Positions 1-13,800 of a stretch of DNA of 64,000 bases are shown here, piece after piece. The notes under the pieces were generated by a model. That model saw only the letters and a program-made list of their open reading frames with translations. It did not search any database and had not been told where the DNA came from. The stretch comes from Anthoceros angustus (Eukaryota; Plantae; Anthocerotophyta), in contig VJWM01000016.1 of NCBI GenBank assembly GCA_010909165.1, forward strand, positions 744,001-808,000. Direction: 5' to 3'. A program made the translations under genes and the position numbers. Position 1 is the stretch's first letter; each line of letters starts with the position of its first letter.

Positions 1-1004
1 TTGGGAGATTGGGACTGCTACGAGAGGCCGAGGATCTGTTTTGGGGTTTGACGGATAAGGGCTTGTTTCCCAATGTTGTCACCTTCAACATAATGATCAA
101 GGTGTACACGGAGTTCCAAGCCTTCTCAGATGCCATCTACCTGTTCCGGTTGATGCAAAAGAAGGATGTTCGTCCTACGGTCATTACGTACAACACAATG
201 ATCAGGCTATATGGTATAACACATGAGCATGAGAAGGCTTCGAAATTGATAATCGAAATGGAGGAGCGTGGAATTGCTCCAGATGCTGTGACTTATTCGA
301 CATTGATATCCATATATGGGAAAGCAGGAAAGTTTCAGAAAGCAGCAAACCTATTCCAAGCGCTACGAGCAAAGGGCTTTCCGATGGACGAGATTCTGTA
401 TCAGTCCATGGTGGTTGTGTATGAAAAAGCTGGTCTGATGGCGCATGCCAAGCGGCTGTTACACGAGCTCAAGCTGCCTAGCAGCGCATCACGAGACACA
501 GCAATTAATGTCCTTGCCAAGGCTGGTAAGACAGAGGAAGCGGCACGACTGTTCTGGAGAGCTGATGCAGCTGGAGAGGTCAAAGATGCATCAGTATATA
601 AAGCTATGATTGCTCTGTTTGTTAGGGCCAAAAGGGGCACACATGCCATCAAAGTCTACGACAGGATGAAGGAGAAAAGGCTTCTTCCAGACTCTGAGAC
701 ATGTCTCCTTCTCTTGACAGCCTATGGTCAACTTCGGCTTTTGGCTGAAGCTGAGAAGTTCTACCTGGACTTACAGAACGAGGGAGTAATCTTCTACGAT
801 GAAGTGCATTGGAAGATGATGCGAATGTATGGAAGTGCCGGTGAGATCGAGGCTGCTGAGAGAACCTTCGAGAAGCTGAAAATTCAGGGGGGTGTCTCCG
901 AGAAGGACCTGTATTTAGCGATGGTCAGTGTGTACGAGAAAGCCAGCAGACTCAATGATGCATCCAGGGTCTTTCAAGAGATGAAGTGCCGCATTGGCAG
1001 CTAG
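1..1004 (+). CDS. PDM3: P-class pentatricopeptide repeat protein, 3' part (5'-truncated by the window edge); resembles Arabidopsis At5g39980/PDM3
   Basis: Uninterrupted ORF of tandem 35-aa PPR motifs (PNVVTFNIMIKVY, PTVITYNTMIRLYG, PDAVTYSTLISIYGKAG). Segments such as LFRLMQKKD, HEKASKL, AHAKRLLHELKLP, DEVHWKMM and LNDASRV match my recollection of At5g39980. No E/DYW extension. Confidence 0.85.
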   Translation, partial: GRLGLLREAEDLFWGLTDKGLFPNVVTFNIMIKVYTEFQAFSDAIYLFRLMQKKDVRPTVITYNTMIRLYGITHEHEKASKLIIEMEERGIAPDAVTYSTLISIYGKAGKFQKAANLFQALRAKGFPMDEILYQSMVVVYEKAGLMAHAKRLLHELKLPSSASRDTAINVLAKAGKTEEAARLFWRADAAGEVKDASVYKAMIALFVRAKRGTHAIKVYDRMKEKRLLPDSETCLLLLTAYGQLRLLAEAEKFYLDLQNEGVIFYDEVHWKMMRMYGSAGEIEAAERTFEKLKIQGGVSEKDLYLAMVSVYEKASRLNDASRVFQEMKCRIGS

Positions 1005-1708
1005 CTTGTGCAAGTCTTCCAAAATGGTATTTTCCATCTGTAGCATGACAACCTGAAGTATGATGAGACAACTGGGCTTTCTGCCGGCAGCATGGATCAA
1101 AAGACGGAGCATGTACATAATTGTGATCTTGGTCAAGTGGACAGCACATCAGAGAGCCTCAAAACTTTTGCGTGGACTCCGCCATTACTTCTGAGGCCGA
1201 AGAGTAGGTTCACAGCACTTACAATGAAATTTCCCCGAGGTTTGAACCTCCCTCATTTTCTCGTTAGATTTTTGTTTGCGCACCCAGCTCCTTGTACAGC
1301 TTTGCTATTCCAGTGTAGTAATGGTGCACGTTTCTGAAACAATGATGTGGTTATGGTACAGGTGCTCTGGCCTCTGACTACAAGGGAAGGTTGCAGTTCG
1401 ACTACAACTGAAGAGGTCCTTCCTGCCTGCGGCTTATTGGAGGAAGTTTGGTTTACATGCAACCATATGCAGGCTACTGTTTAACACTCTGTTCTCCACA
1501 TGGTTGGTGGTGGAGCCCAAAATTCTTCACTTCAAATACCATAAAATGACGTGCCACTTTGTCTATAATGTGGGGAACTAAACTGGACGTTGAGGATGGA
1601 CAAGGGTGTGGCTTAAGTACTGGAAGGGCGTGTAAAAACACTTACTACAAGCACGGCCATCAGCCCCTCCAGCCCCTCTACCGAAATTGCAGTTTAACAG
1701 ACTGCTGC

Positions 1709-4700
1709 TTATCCGCGTTTGGTGGACCTTTCGTCAACCAGGGCCATGCGGCCCCTGGAGTAATCGAAAACCATAAGAAAGTTTCGTAGTATCCTCCCAC
1801 CGAGCATGCCAGCGCAGTACTGCGAGCATACAAACAATTTCTCCTTTTCATCAATGGCATAGGTCGTCACTTTTCTGAAAGTGTGGCCTGCCAACTCCAG
1901 AACCTCTACCTCTGCAACAGGGACCTGCAAATCAACCCGGCAATTAGGGGCACGTGATCTGCAGATTCTGGATCCAAAGGCTAATACAAGGAGGAAATAT
2001 GAGGGATACCTGCATGCCTACTGCATTAATCCCCTTGATCTGAATGACACCTGTCTTTCTTAAGTCGAATTGTTTGGCAGCTTCGCTGTAAAGCATCAAA
2101 TCAGTCCCCCCTGCGCCTGTATCTATGAGCAACAGTACTTCTTGACCGTTGATCCTGGCAGCTGCATGAGGTACGCCCTCAATCAGAAACAATTTCTGCA
2201 TACACAGATGAGAGGCTTGTAACGTTTCAGTGGTTACGTGTGGCTTCTGCAAAAGATAGGCATCCTATCCAGAAGTCCAAAAATGCTTGCCTCAGAAAGA
2301 GACCTGCCAGTGTAACTTTTGTCTGCCTGGTGAAGCTTCGTACTCCAATGGGTCAAACAACGATAATGTACGATTCTTAACCGACATCTCAACGATGCAT
2401 CCCAGGAATATCTCGTAACCACATATCCCCACCACTCCCGGTACTAGTTCGTCTATCGGAAGCTTCAATTACAGTAACAGAGACAATTGTCAGCACATCG
2501 TAAATGTTCTGTATTAGCCATTAGATTTGCTTGATGCATAACGACGAGACAAGAAACATGGACGATGATCCAAAGTCTCACTGCGGGTAAATATTTTGCA
2601 TACGAAACATACACTCGAGCACAAATATACCTCCAGAAAAGCAGGATCCGTCATACTGAAGGGTCCAAGCTTGAATGTTTTTCCACGAGCATATTGACTT
2701 TTACCCTGTGCAACGAAGACTCCAGTTATGCTTGCACGATGTCTCAAAAGACACACTATGCAGATCCAGCAATCTCAAGCTCACCGCCCCAGACACACCA
2801 CTGACATACACCTCGCCAAATCTGGCCATATTTAATTCCTCTGCCTGGCAAGAGTGAACACAACAGGAAGTTAGCACAGAATTGCAGTCAGAACCCGGCA
2901 ACCATGAGAAGAAATATAGGAAGTTCACATTGATGACAACCTTTCTTGAAGAGATGGCCAGGTTACTCGCCCCAGTATCCACGATGAATGACCTGTACGA
3001 AAAAGGCGTTCATACGCTCAGCATTAAGAAGGTTATGTACACCATGAAGCAGAAAAGTTGCATCCACAGCAACAACGTACCCAATCGACTTCCCATCAAC
3101 CAAAGGTTGCACAAGGAAGTGGCCAGAGTCAGCACTTCTCATCTGCGCCAACAGTAAGGTTAGGACAAAGCTACGTCTCATGGAAAGTTCAGCTGATGAA
3201 AGGAAGAAAAGGAGCTCAAGATTACCCGGATGGAACTGGAGCAAGAGCTATCTATCCCAGAACACGGATATCGCAGGTTGTATCGTGGAACCACCAAGGA
3301 CGCAGGGTATGAATACATAAATCCAGTTTTTGCAAAGCTCTTTCCCTTTACCGCTTCAACCTTTTCTACGTCGAACGTTTCTTCTCTTCCGGCAGGTGGA
3401 AAATGTATGCCCGAGGTTGGAAGTTTGCAGCTGCGATCTGGCTGCATATTGGATAGAACTCAGTCCTTTCAATAGTACCACTGCAGAAAATGATTAGCAG
3501 AACCACAGAGAAGGTCATCACAATATGGTCCAACAATCTACTGTCCAGACAAAGAACAGTCTCATGGACACACCAAAATGTTTTTCCATGCCGAGAAACT
3601 CCACCTTTCACTCCCTCCAAACGCTTGCAATGTCATTCGTGCAGGCAACCAGCTGCCCTTGTCAATGACCATCAGTACAACCACCTACAAAAATGTCCCA
3701 GAGCGGATCCTCAAGAAGAGAGATTAAGCATTCCTCGAGTTCCAATGCCTGGAACTCTGGTTCAGCGATGAAAATATCACGGTAACCATACCTTCTTATT
3801 TTTCATCCTCAGCGACAGCACCAACTCTGAGTCTACCGCATTGACTGATTCTCCTGACACCAGTTGAATATCCAATCGCCTTCGAGCATCCTCTGTTACC
3901 CAGTAACCCATCCGACTCCATGAAACTAGCAGGCAAACCTTTCATACACAAAGAACACCAGTGATCCGTTTACCGTAGTTGAAAGGGAACCCAAACCATA
4001 GGACTTTCGTGTTCAGACCACTTGTGTCTCAGCATGAGGCTTAACGCATTCAAAGGAAACTGTTGAGCCTAACCTCATGCCCGTCAAGTTCCTGTTTCTG
4101 CACTCGACCGCCTGCATCAGCATACCAGGCCTGAATGCCATCGTATGCCCACTCATGCGTAAAATCTTCGCTCTCAAACTTTTCATGAAATCTGCCATCC
4201 ATGCACCAGGTCATGGTCCAAGCACCTTCCATTCCCCAGGTCAATTGCTTTCCTGTCAAAACGAAGGCCAGACACTTGAGCACAGATGTCCAGGAGATAC
4301 CGTCGTGCTGGAAATGACAGAGCAACCACATCAAAGTTATGAGACCTGTCAGAATCATGTGATCGTCGGAGCCGTAGTCCTGTATGCCCATTGCTGCAGC
4401 AATTAGTTGAAGGTATTTCTGTACAGCAACGTCTGCACTTTCTGCTTGAGGAGTCGAAACAGAATACAACTGACTAGATTGACGTGGTCGGAGATCCCTC
4501 CTCGAAAGTGTTGTTCCTGCTCTCAGAGCATTTCGGGACCAGAAAGCCCTGCTACACAACTGGGAGGTGCTGCATAAAGACAGATTGACGTGCAGGTTTC
4601 TTGAACGATGTTTCCTTCCCCAGTTTCTCAGATTCAAAAAATACTTCTGCAAAGAGGCAGGCGCAGCACCGCACCCAGTCCTCAGCTTCAAGCCATCCTC

Positions 4701-4838
4701 ATGCTGCCCTTGAACAGCTGGCAGCGCCCTCTCTTGCTGCGCCACCGCCCTCTTGGCAGCCCATCCAGTTCCATCAAGCAGACCAGGAGGAGCTGAAAGA
4801 TGCCACTGAATGGCACTACAGCTGGCTCCCGAAGCCAT
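1709..4838 (-). CDS. Multi-exon gene for a protein with two retropepsin-like (clan AA, Asp_protease_2-type) aspartyl protease lobes and a probable N-terminal transit peptide
   Basis: Manual splicing at GT-AG sites gives lobe 1 GHFLVQPLVDGKSIG|SFIVDTGASNLAISSRK...GVVGICGYEIFLGCIVEM and lobe 2 GVPHAAARINGQEVLLLIDTGAGGTDLML...AGMLGGRILRNFLMVFDYSRGRMAL* (stop at 1709). First ATG is at 4838, followed by an S/A/R-rich N-terminus. Some internal exon boundaries are approximate. Confidence 0.8.
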
Positions 4839-5224
4839 TGATCCGCTGGGGAGACCCACAGCAATGTGCAGAGCTACGAGGCTCGGAAACGTACGATCCT
4901 AAGTCTGGGCTTGAGGAGATTCAAACATGGATACACGAACCCAGCAGGATCCGATGCATCGTTCAACGCCATCCTCCTTATCCATGGCTAGATCATTCAC
5001 TTCTGATCAACTGAAACTTACAAACAGTATGGATAGCAATGCCACAGGAAAGGGAACGGGTAACCCAAGAATTGTATATGACATTTGACCCGGTTAGCCA
5101 ACAGAACAAAACTAACCCTAGACCAAATGCCCTTCCTGTTCTCCTCTTGGCCTTCCGATTCTGGGCACCGTCCGAGCAGCAGTGTGCTGAGCGTTCACTC
5201 TGGGTATCGTATTCGAAGTTCGTG

Positions 5225-7400
5225 ATGGACCAGAAGCCTAGAACCCCCGCCTCGGGGGCAGACCCGGACAATTGCACAGAAGTGGACCAAAAGATTGAGA
5301 TGAAGCTCACACAGCTGCATCGTCTCATGCACCATTTTTCAGCGCAATCTACTTCCAACTTGTACCCTGATTTGCCTTATCAGGTTGATCATCATTTGCC
5401 GCGCAGGAGGGCAGTAATTCCCCAGTGATGACACGTCCGTCCTTTTTCAAGTATTGGGAAGGCTAGCAAGAGGTCTATGGATGCAGTATGGTCTTGCCGG
5501 AATAGCACTTGTACTGGACCGATATGTGAAAATCCACACTTTCCGCTGAGGAGCACAAATCAGCGCCTCGGTAGCTTGGGCACAACTAGCTGCCCTTGTC
5601 CAATTTCACAGAACATTCTACACATGCCACATCCACCACTACGTGTACTCTTCCGAGGGACCTCAGTACTTTCTTGTGTGACAGAACATTCTGGTGAAAA
5701 ATGATGGAGAGATAGAAATGATTCTGAAGGAGACAGCTGGAAAGATTAAATCCTTCAAGGAGGCTACCATTGCCAAGCGTGTGGAGACATCCAACAGAGA
5801 GGCACTTGAGGTGATTGGCATTTTGTCATGCTTTCGGTGCTCGCCTTCCAACTTAATGACGAGGTGAAGAAGACTTCCGCTGATACACTAAATTGGTGTC
5901 TAGGCCCTCTCGAAGCAACATGAAGCTATTCAAAAAGCCTGCCTCCTTGAGTTCCAAAATTTTAAACTGGTGCAAATTCTGGCATTATCTGATTGCTCTC
6001 TAGCCCTTGCACGTTCAAGTCAATTTCCAGTGACTTGAGCTGATTCATGGAATGCCTGCCTCAAAGCAGAAAGCAGACGAGCGGGAAAGGGAATTGTTAC
6101 TGGCCGCGAAAGAACGAGATAAGCAATTCGAGGTTTTCAGAAAGAAACTGGAGAGGGATATTGAAGACAGGGAGAGAAAGCTTGGCGATCGCGCCAAAGA
6201 CAGAGAAGAAGAACTACTGAAGGCATCGAAGGAAAAAGAACAAAAAATTCAAGAAGCTGCTGACAGGCAGCTTGAATCTCTCCGGAGGTTCCTTTCTTCC
6301 ACCTGCTTATCGATTGATCATGCCACTGTTTTCTGTATTTGAAATTTCCTTCATTCCGTCCTCTCTAATGATGGCTTACTCTCTTCCCGACGTCAGGGAA
6401 ATGGATGAGATTAAACGATTACTTGCTGAGAAGTCAGAAAGGCTAAAGCAAGCCACGAATCTAGCAGAACAATACGTGAAAGTAGGTTTCCTCTCTAAAA
6501 CATAAGACGTTTGAGATTGTGCGTAAATGTAACAGGTACCAGTCATTGCACGCTGTTCTCTACGTGCAATAGGAGTGCCCATTCTCTCTCTGCTTGCTGT
6601 GCCCCAGGCTGTTTTTTCTTTTCCCTCCTAGTCATTAGTCGGGTAGCAGCGAACATCACATGAGAACCATTTGTTGTCTAATGCCTTTAGGATTGCTGCT
6701 TGCATGGGTTGATCCATGCAGGATCTTGGAGAGTCAAAGAGGCTGAAACGGCAGGAGGTCAGGCCTTCAACGTCTTCCTGCCAGCATTTCATCTTGAAGA
6801 GATTGACTGTCCTTCTTTCACAACGCACTAACATACACTAGGATGCTGGATGTGCAGACGGAACCAGTGTCACGACACCGCCTTAGGTGTGAGCCCGTAG
6901 ACGTGCGACCCAGAACACTGGCCATACCAGATAGTAAGCAGAAGCCTCAGCAAGAACAAGAACCCGAACCCAAACGAGCCAGTACGCCAAAGCCTGTGCG
7001 GGCATCAACACCGCAAAGGCCGCCAACACCCCAGCGAGCAGTGACACCGAAGCCGCCGTTTATTATGAAAGGACTTCAATCCCCTTCTAAGGATGAGCGT
7101 CTGCTGCATTCCAAAGCATATCAGGTGCGGTTCTTTAAGAAACCCATGTCTGCGTCTCAAACATCCTGCTGACCTGAGTCAACCAGTAGTCCATGAAGCT
7201 TGAAGCACGTAACGGTACCTTTTGCCAGGTGGGGATTAGGACATGGAGACTTTAGTGACAGTGTTGGTGCTTCCTGCAGGATAGCAAGCTCCGAATCAAT
7301 GACGAGATCAAACGCATGAAGGTAACAACTCTCAAAGGGACTTCCGTGCTCTTGCTGTCCTTTCCTTCAGCAGGGACGCTAACCCAAGTCTCATGTTTTG
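5225..7400 (+). CDS. Multi-exon gene for an unidentified coiled-coil protein with a Pro/Thr-rich (TP-repeat) C-terminal region
   Basis: Several GT-AG-bounded segments with charged heptad-like content (EIEMILKETAGKIKSFKE; ERELLLAAKERDKQFEVFRKKLERDIEDRERKL; EMDEIKRLLAEKSERLKQ) followed by RASTPKPVRASTPQRPPTPQRAVTPKPP. Start and 3' end are approximate and I recognise no family. Confidence 0.55.
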
Positions 7401-7866
7401 TAGTGGCTGATGCGCGACAGAGACTCAGTACACGGCAAGCATTCCTCTTTGGAGGTTAGAGGCTATTGAAATTTGCAGGAGGTCAGGCCCCGTCGGCTTC
7501 GACTCTCGGGGAGACCAGTTTGTCACCCCTTTAACGAAGTGAGACCTCCACTGTCGAATTTGAACGATGCAGAGCCACCTGTCCCAGGAGGTTTTGTTTT
7601 TCACTTTGTCCCCTTGCTCTCGTAGGTACGTACCTACACACGCCACAGAAAAATTAATCACAAGCTTGTTCCACAACATCCCGCCCTCTTCGAAAAGATA
7701 GCTGGTACAGGTTTGATGGACGTACAGAAATACACGCAGCAATCAGCCGGGTCTTGGCTAACCTCGAATTGAATAATTTGTACAGACTATACGGCCCAGG
7801 TCTGTCCCAGGGTCAAATTTGACAAATAAATTATGCATCACTATATCTGCTGCTTCTACATTCCCA

Positions 7867-10800
7867 TCATCCTGGCGGAGGGGCTGCGTCAGCCACCATA
7901 AAGGAGAGAAGTCTGCTCAGCTTTTGAGCTATATCACAATGGAAGGGCAAAGGTGATCGTCGCTTCAGAAACATCGGACTAGCACTTAACCATGACAATG
8001 CCTGCAATTGAGGGGCGACCACTTCCAATACTTTCCTTGCCTCAAGTAAGGTATCTTTACCATCTGTAGGACAAGACTTGTTATTCCTTCTGCTTGAGGT
8101 TCCTTCCGACATCAAACCACTCCTTGCTGTAAGATCCTGTTGCATAGCACCAATGCTTGATATACTGAATGAGGCTATCAATCCTACGAAGAGAGTAGAA
8201 GGCCAATCTCCCATTCCTAGAGTTGACGGTTGGGGAGTAACCACAAAAGCTGAAGCCAACGGCTGAGCCATTCTGTTGTTTTGAACCACAAGCTGTCCAA
8301 GAGGTGGGACATCGCCAACCACTCCTGGTAAGAGAGACGTAGAAGACAAGAATCGGATACTATGCGTCGGCACAAAGAGCATTGCTGCCTTATGTGCTGC
8401 TAGGGATGTTACGGGCTGGATACCAACAGTAGGAGGTGGCCCTGCACCACAAATTACACATGTTATGTTGTAGGGATCTACACAGGCCCGAATTTGGAAT
8501 AAGTTCACTGCCAGGGAATGAACCAAACCTGCAGATGGTTGAAACTCGCTGCAGCACATAACTTGTAAGCTGTGTTCAACACGTACAGAAACTAGGCTGA
8601 TGCTTTGAACACAATGCAACGCTCCCCTGACTGCTTCAAAATTGAACTGTGGTGGTAGATTTGGCTTCTTGGCGTTCAGATCACTCATCCCGAAATTGGA
8701 GGAATTTTTCCTCAGCATAGAAATACTGGGTGATGCTGGGCTGGCCGCTGATCCCAATACCCTATCCGATGAATAATTTACATCTTCAGGGCCAGACTGC
8801 CTGATCTGGAGATCCCAATTCTTACCAACCATCCCAACACCAACTAGCACCCGTTGCCAATCTGCAAGGACCCGTCACAGTTTACACACCAAATGAGGCA
8901 TCGACTACTGGAAGGCAGCAAGAGAACCAACACCAATCTGAATGACACATACCATGGTTCTCCACCTCAGAAAACCCTCCAAGCCGAGAAATTATGACAT
9001 TTCTACACTTCTTGCTTCCAGCATCAACTGCAGACTGCAACAGAAGGAGACCTTGATGCAGTATTTCCGAGAAAATTACTTGAAGTGAGGTTCCTCCTAC
9101 TCCAGCTATGGGCCACACGTGAATATCTAATAGCTCACCGCGCGCATCTGTCCATACAGAGACTAACCATTGCCAGTCTTCAGCCCATACATAACAACAA
9201 TGAAGATCAGGCCCGGCCACTAATAAATCTGTCTCTGACACTTCACATGGGATGTTTGTGCCAGGTTCAGACATACTGGCGGCCAGTAGTTGACTTGGGC
9301 CAGTAATACTTTTCTCATTTGCATCTTTTACTACCAGCCGATTAGACTGCAAGTCAAAATTCGTCTCGCTGGCAGTATCCGCAAGGACAAAAACAGGCTC
9401 ATACACATAGCGAGGATACCAACTGCTCCCCGTATGGACAGTGGCTAAAAATGTTTCATTGCCAGAGTCTCCTCTTGAAGATTGCCATGGACTTTCCCAA
9501 CTTCGGAGCAGGGAATTATCAAGAGCAAGATCTCTTGAAATGCTGGTTCTGTTTGTGTTGCAATCCTTCCACATCCCAGGCATAGTTGCACCAGGCTGCA
9601 TAACAACCGAACTCCCTGATCGGATCCTGGAAGCAGCACTGAGAGCCGGTTCAGATACAGCACATCGTCGAGGTAAACGTCGAGCTTTATTGTAAACTTC
9701 AAACGCAATGTCCTTGAGGATCTCTGGATTGCAGGAAACATGTCCACTGATCTTCAGAAGGACTTCTGCTGTTACCACTTGTAAAGCAAATCGACTTATT
9801 GAACATGCAACTATTGGTGAAGCCGCTGCCTCTTCAATTGGCACAGTTGAACCTTGCCCACCCCCAGCTGTGCCTTTATCACCACCTTCAGAAATTCTAA
9901 TAGAGGACCCAATAACCTGGCAGCTATCTACAATCATCTGAAGTACATCCACAGGCTCCGACGTTGGGCAAACCACATACACAACCTGCACAGATCCATT
10001 CAGTCAGCGATGCACACAACCAACAATCAGATTGCAAAGAAGTAGGAAAGGAACTCTTGAGACCATACAGTGGAAGGGCTCGTTTCTGGATCTCTTTGTG
10101 AGGCAGAGGTATTCACTGCTACAGGTATGCTTTTGCACACATCTCGAAATGCTTTTCGAAATTCCAACATATTCCACCACTTGTCCATACATGCAACATA
10201 ATCACCAGGAAGGCTCAACGGGTTCTGAACTCCTTTTGCAATGCCAGGCACATCAACCACCCTGAAACCTGCTGGCATCTTCCCCATACTTGCCGGACTA
10301 GATCCCCCACCAGCTGGAAGGTGTGACCCAAGCCCGCAGATTTCATACACTGCAACATACAATTGATATTAAGAACAGGCGACTGGTGCTTACAAAAATG
10401 ATACAGCTTCGATCCGGACTTGATCTCTGACCTGAACTCAGCTGACTGAAAAAGAAACCTGCTGCTGAAAGGAGAGAATCCAATCCCAGGCACACCACGT
10501 GATAGAGAACCTAGAACGACAAAATCAGCGTCAATCGACACCTTCAACTAAGAATCTTCTCAGTAAATCAATACCTCTATACACTCGGTGAACTCACAGG
10601 TTTGGGGAGTGCGAAGGGCTCAAAAGGTGCCTTTTCCCAATGACGCAACATAGCAAAATTTGTTTTAAGCCAATCATCCTGATACCTGGAAAAAAATGAA
10701 GGTTCATCATGTGCCAGGAAGAATGAAGGTTTTTACACAGCAGGGCTCAAATGTTACTCCACATGTGAACAGTACTGCAAAAAGCCAACACGTTTTCCAC

Positions 10801-13800
10801 CTTCTTACTCGGTCCACGGACTAGACTGTCAAGCTATGCAACAACTAGTCATAGTAATTACAACTTACCCCACAACAACCCCAGGAAGAGAGATTGCACG
10901 AACACTTGGGTCATAATTTCTACTGGATCCCAGGACCTGGAGGCTTGAATCTTCCCCAGAGCGCCTGTGACAACCATCATCAATCCTTGAGTGAGAGGAA
11001 AAGGAAGAGTTTCCTTTTACTGATCCTGGAGGTCCACAAATGTTCTGCTGTTGGCCCAGGTGCTCTCCACTAGCATGCATGACACTAGCCTTCGAATCTG
11101 AAGTGATACTGTCAGCTAACTCCCCACAATCACTTGACTGAGCTCTACCACTGCACCACTCTGCCATGGTCAAAGGTCCATCGAAGTTTGTTTTACCAAA
11201 CGAATTGGCCATGGCCCAGCGCACATCTCTCCGTAGCACATTGGATGCCATTGCTGGACTGACCTGTGGGTGTTCCAGGAAGATAAAAGTCAACCATCAG
11301 ACAGATGCCACATCATGCATAAAGTCAAGTTCATCAGGGACAACGCTTTTGCAATCTAACTACCACATTGTCATGACAGAAAAGCCTTATGCATCATGAA
11401 GCTACAGAGCTGTAGCTCTATGACTATGAGCTACAGCACAGAATTCGCAGCAGAGTGTTCAGCATACCTCTCCCCCAAGAGGATCAATCAGCTCCAAGCC
11501 AGATATTTCAAGCCAATGCCTCAAAGTGAACATACCACCACATCCCTTGTGCACCATCCCACTTGCGCAACATCCAAGACGCTTGCTCTGTTCACGTGAA
11601 GCAAGCCACTGGTATGGACCATCACCACACTCTCCATCTAAGACGATATCAACCGCAACAGCAGCTTGCTGTGCCAAAAGTGGAACTGCATCTGCATACT
11701 CCAGTAACTGATTTTGCCTCATAAGGCCACCTTGAAGCGATTCCTCACCTCCCAAACTACTTCGATCAGCTGGTACCCCAGTGCCATGGTTGGGGAAATT
11801 TCCTGCATTCAGACCCTTTTGGGGTTTCGGAGCTCCAACAGGACGCCAGACACCAACTTGAGCAGCCCGATGTCCATCATGTGCACCCTCTTCCACATCC
11901 CCTGCTATCCTAGACGGAATCCGTTCTTTCTTTTTCCTGTCACGCGAAGCCCGAATAAAACTTTTCTCAGAATGAATGTCCACCAAGTTAGTAACTTCCG
12001 AGGCCTCTTCTTTTACAGCAAGACTCTTCCAAGATAGCTGTCCAGCATGGGCTTCTGTCTGACAATTCAACGCCCTTCCAGAAGGATCAAGTAATAAAGG
12101 ACAATGGAGCTGCAGCTGCAATAATGCACAGTTCATATCTGTTGCAATGTGTGCAACAGTTGATCTCTGAGCTTCCATAGTTGAAGGCAGAAGTTTCGAT
12201 GAATTGCTGGTCTGTAATCTGGCTGTAGAAACCTTCTCTGAAGGTAACACAGTAGCAATGGAGGGTAGTCCACATGATCGCCACCTTATCAGCGGCATTT
12301 TGTTTCCAGCTTCAGGACCAGAAGAATCATCTTTCATGGCGCAGGCAACATCCTGTGACCCATTGTTGCCCAATCTGGAGTACCCGTGTGGCCACAACTC
12401 ACGACCATTGTCTTGGCCACCAAATCTCGAAGTTGGGGGAGGAGTTGCACTATATACATAAGCATCAGACTTGCCTGATTGAAGAAATTCCTTTACAACA
12501 ACAGGCAGGTATGATTGTTTTAACAGAGATACTTCAGTGGCGGCCTTATTTACAGCAGGGATCTCCACAGCAGCAAATTCAGGGGCAAACATAACTGAAG
12601 CTTCTGCTCGGGGTACCATCTCCAGCTCGTTGTTCATGATCCCCTGAAGCGAACCTGGAGCTGACGACTTCGCAGAGGTCAGCCCATCAGAAGAAGCTCT
12701 CGTCTCTCCAGTTAACCCTTTGCTAAAGACGTGCTGATTTGGAGCTTCAAGTGCAGGGAAGTCCAAAATAGGCAACAGCAAAGGGTCTGACGTGTCCATG
12801 CACACTGTTCCAGGTGTATTCACTCCATCTCCACAGTCACCAAAGGAGAACAACGCCTGTGATTCTGCTGTTCCAGGTGGCTGTTGAGCATCCACCAAAG
12901 AACACACTGATATGTCAGTGGTGACTCGATACACATTTACTGCATGCATTTTCAAATCAGCACTACCATCGTTACAAATTATCCAGAGTCAAAATGCACA
13001 AGTCTATGCCGGCCACTTCACCAAATTCTACCCTCTGGCAATTACACGTAGTTCCATGACACTATAAAATTAAGGGAAACGCAGCAACATAATACCAACC
13101 TCGCCAAAACCCAGACCATCATCCTCAAAAAAGTCTCCAAAGTCTCCAAATTCAGCTAACATGTCAGCATCATTTTGCATGTCCATGCCAATGCCTCCAT
13201 CGGCATCTGCCCAATCCCAGGGTGTACCAGCTTGACTGACTGGAGGTCTTGGTGTGCCGCCACCCACACTTGATGATACATAAAAATCAGCAGTAGTTCT
13301 AAGCACATTGTCAGAGGCAGCTTCAAAGACAGCAGACACATCCTCCATGGAACCTCTTCGAGCAAATTTTAGGGAGGTATCGGCCAGCCCCCTTGTCCGC
13401 CCTCGCTTCAGCCCCTGAGCATAAGCAGACCAAACCTGCCAGGGTTAGCTCTCGAGGTGCAGCATGGAGCGGAATTCCAACATCTGGGTCAAAAACCCAA
13501 CCACACAACAGCAGGAGGACGACAGTGTCATATTGCTGACAACTACTAGCTGGCACTCACCTGCATGCCCTTTCCATCCAGCATAAAACTTTCAGGCTGT
13601 TGTGATGAGCCCTCATTGACGCTAGTTGTCCTCCTAGAAGCCCTCTTCCCTGCAGTTCCATCCACCGTACTTGCAGGTGAGTCTGCATCTGCTTTCAAAC
13701 CCTTGTCAAAGGTACTTGCTTCCCCTTCTCCCTCAGTACCACTGGAGCCACTGCTGCCCCTGCTGCTGCTGGTGCTTTCAGCACTGCTACCACCCTCACT

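Noticed and set aside
1-1004. PPR gene as an RNA-editing factor
   Set aside because: Motifs are P-type only, and the ORF ends with no E or DYW domain.
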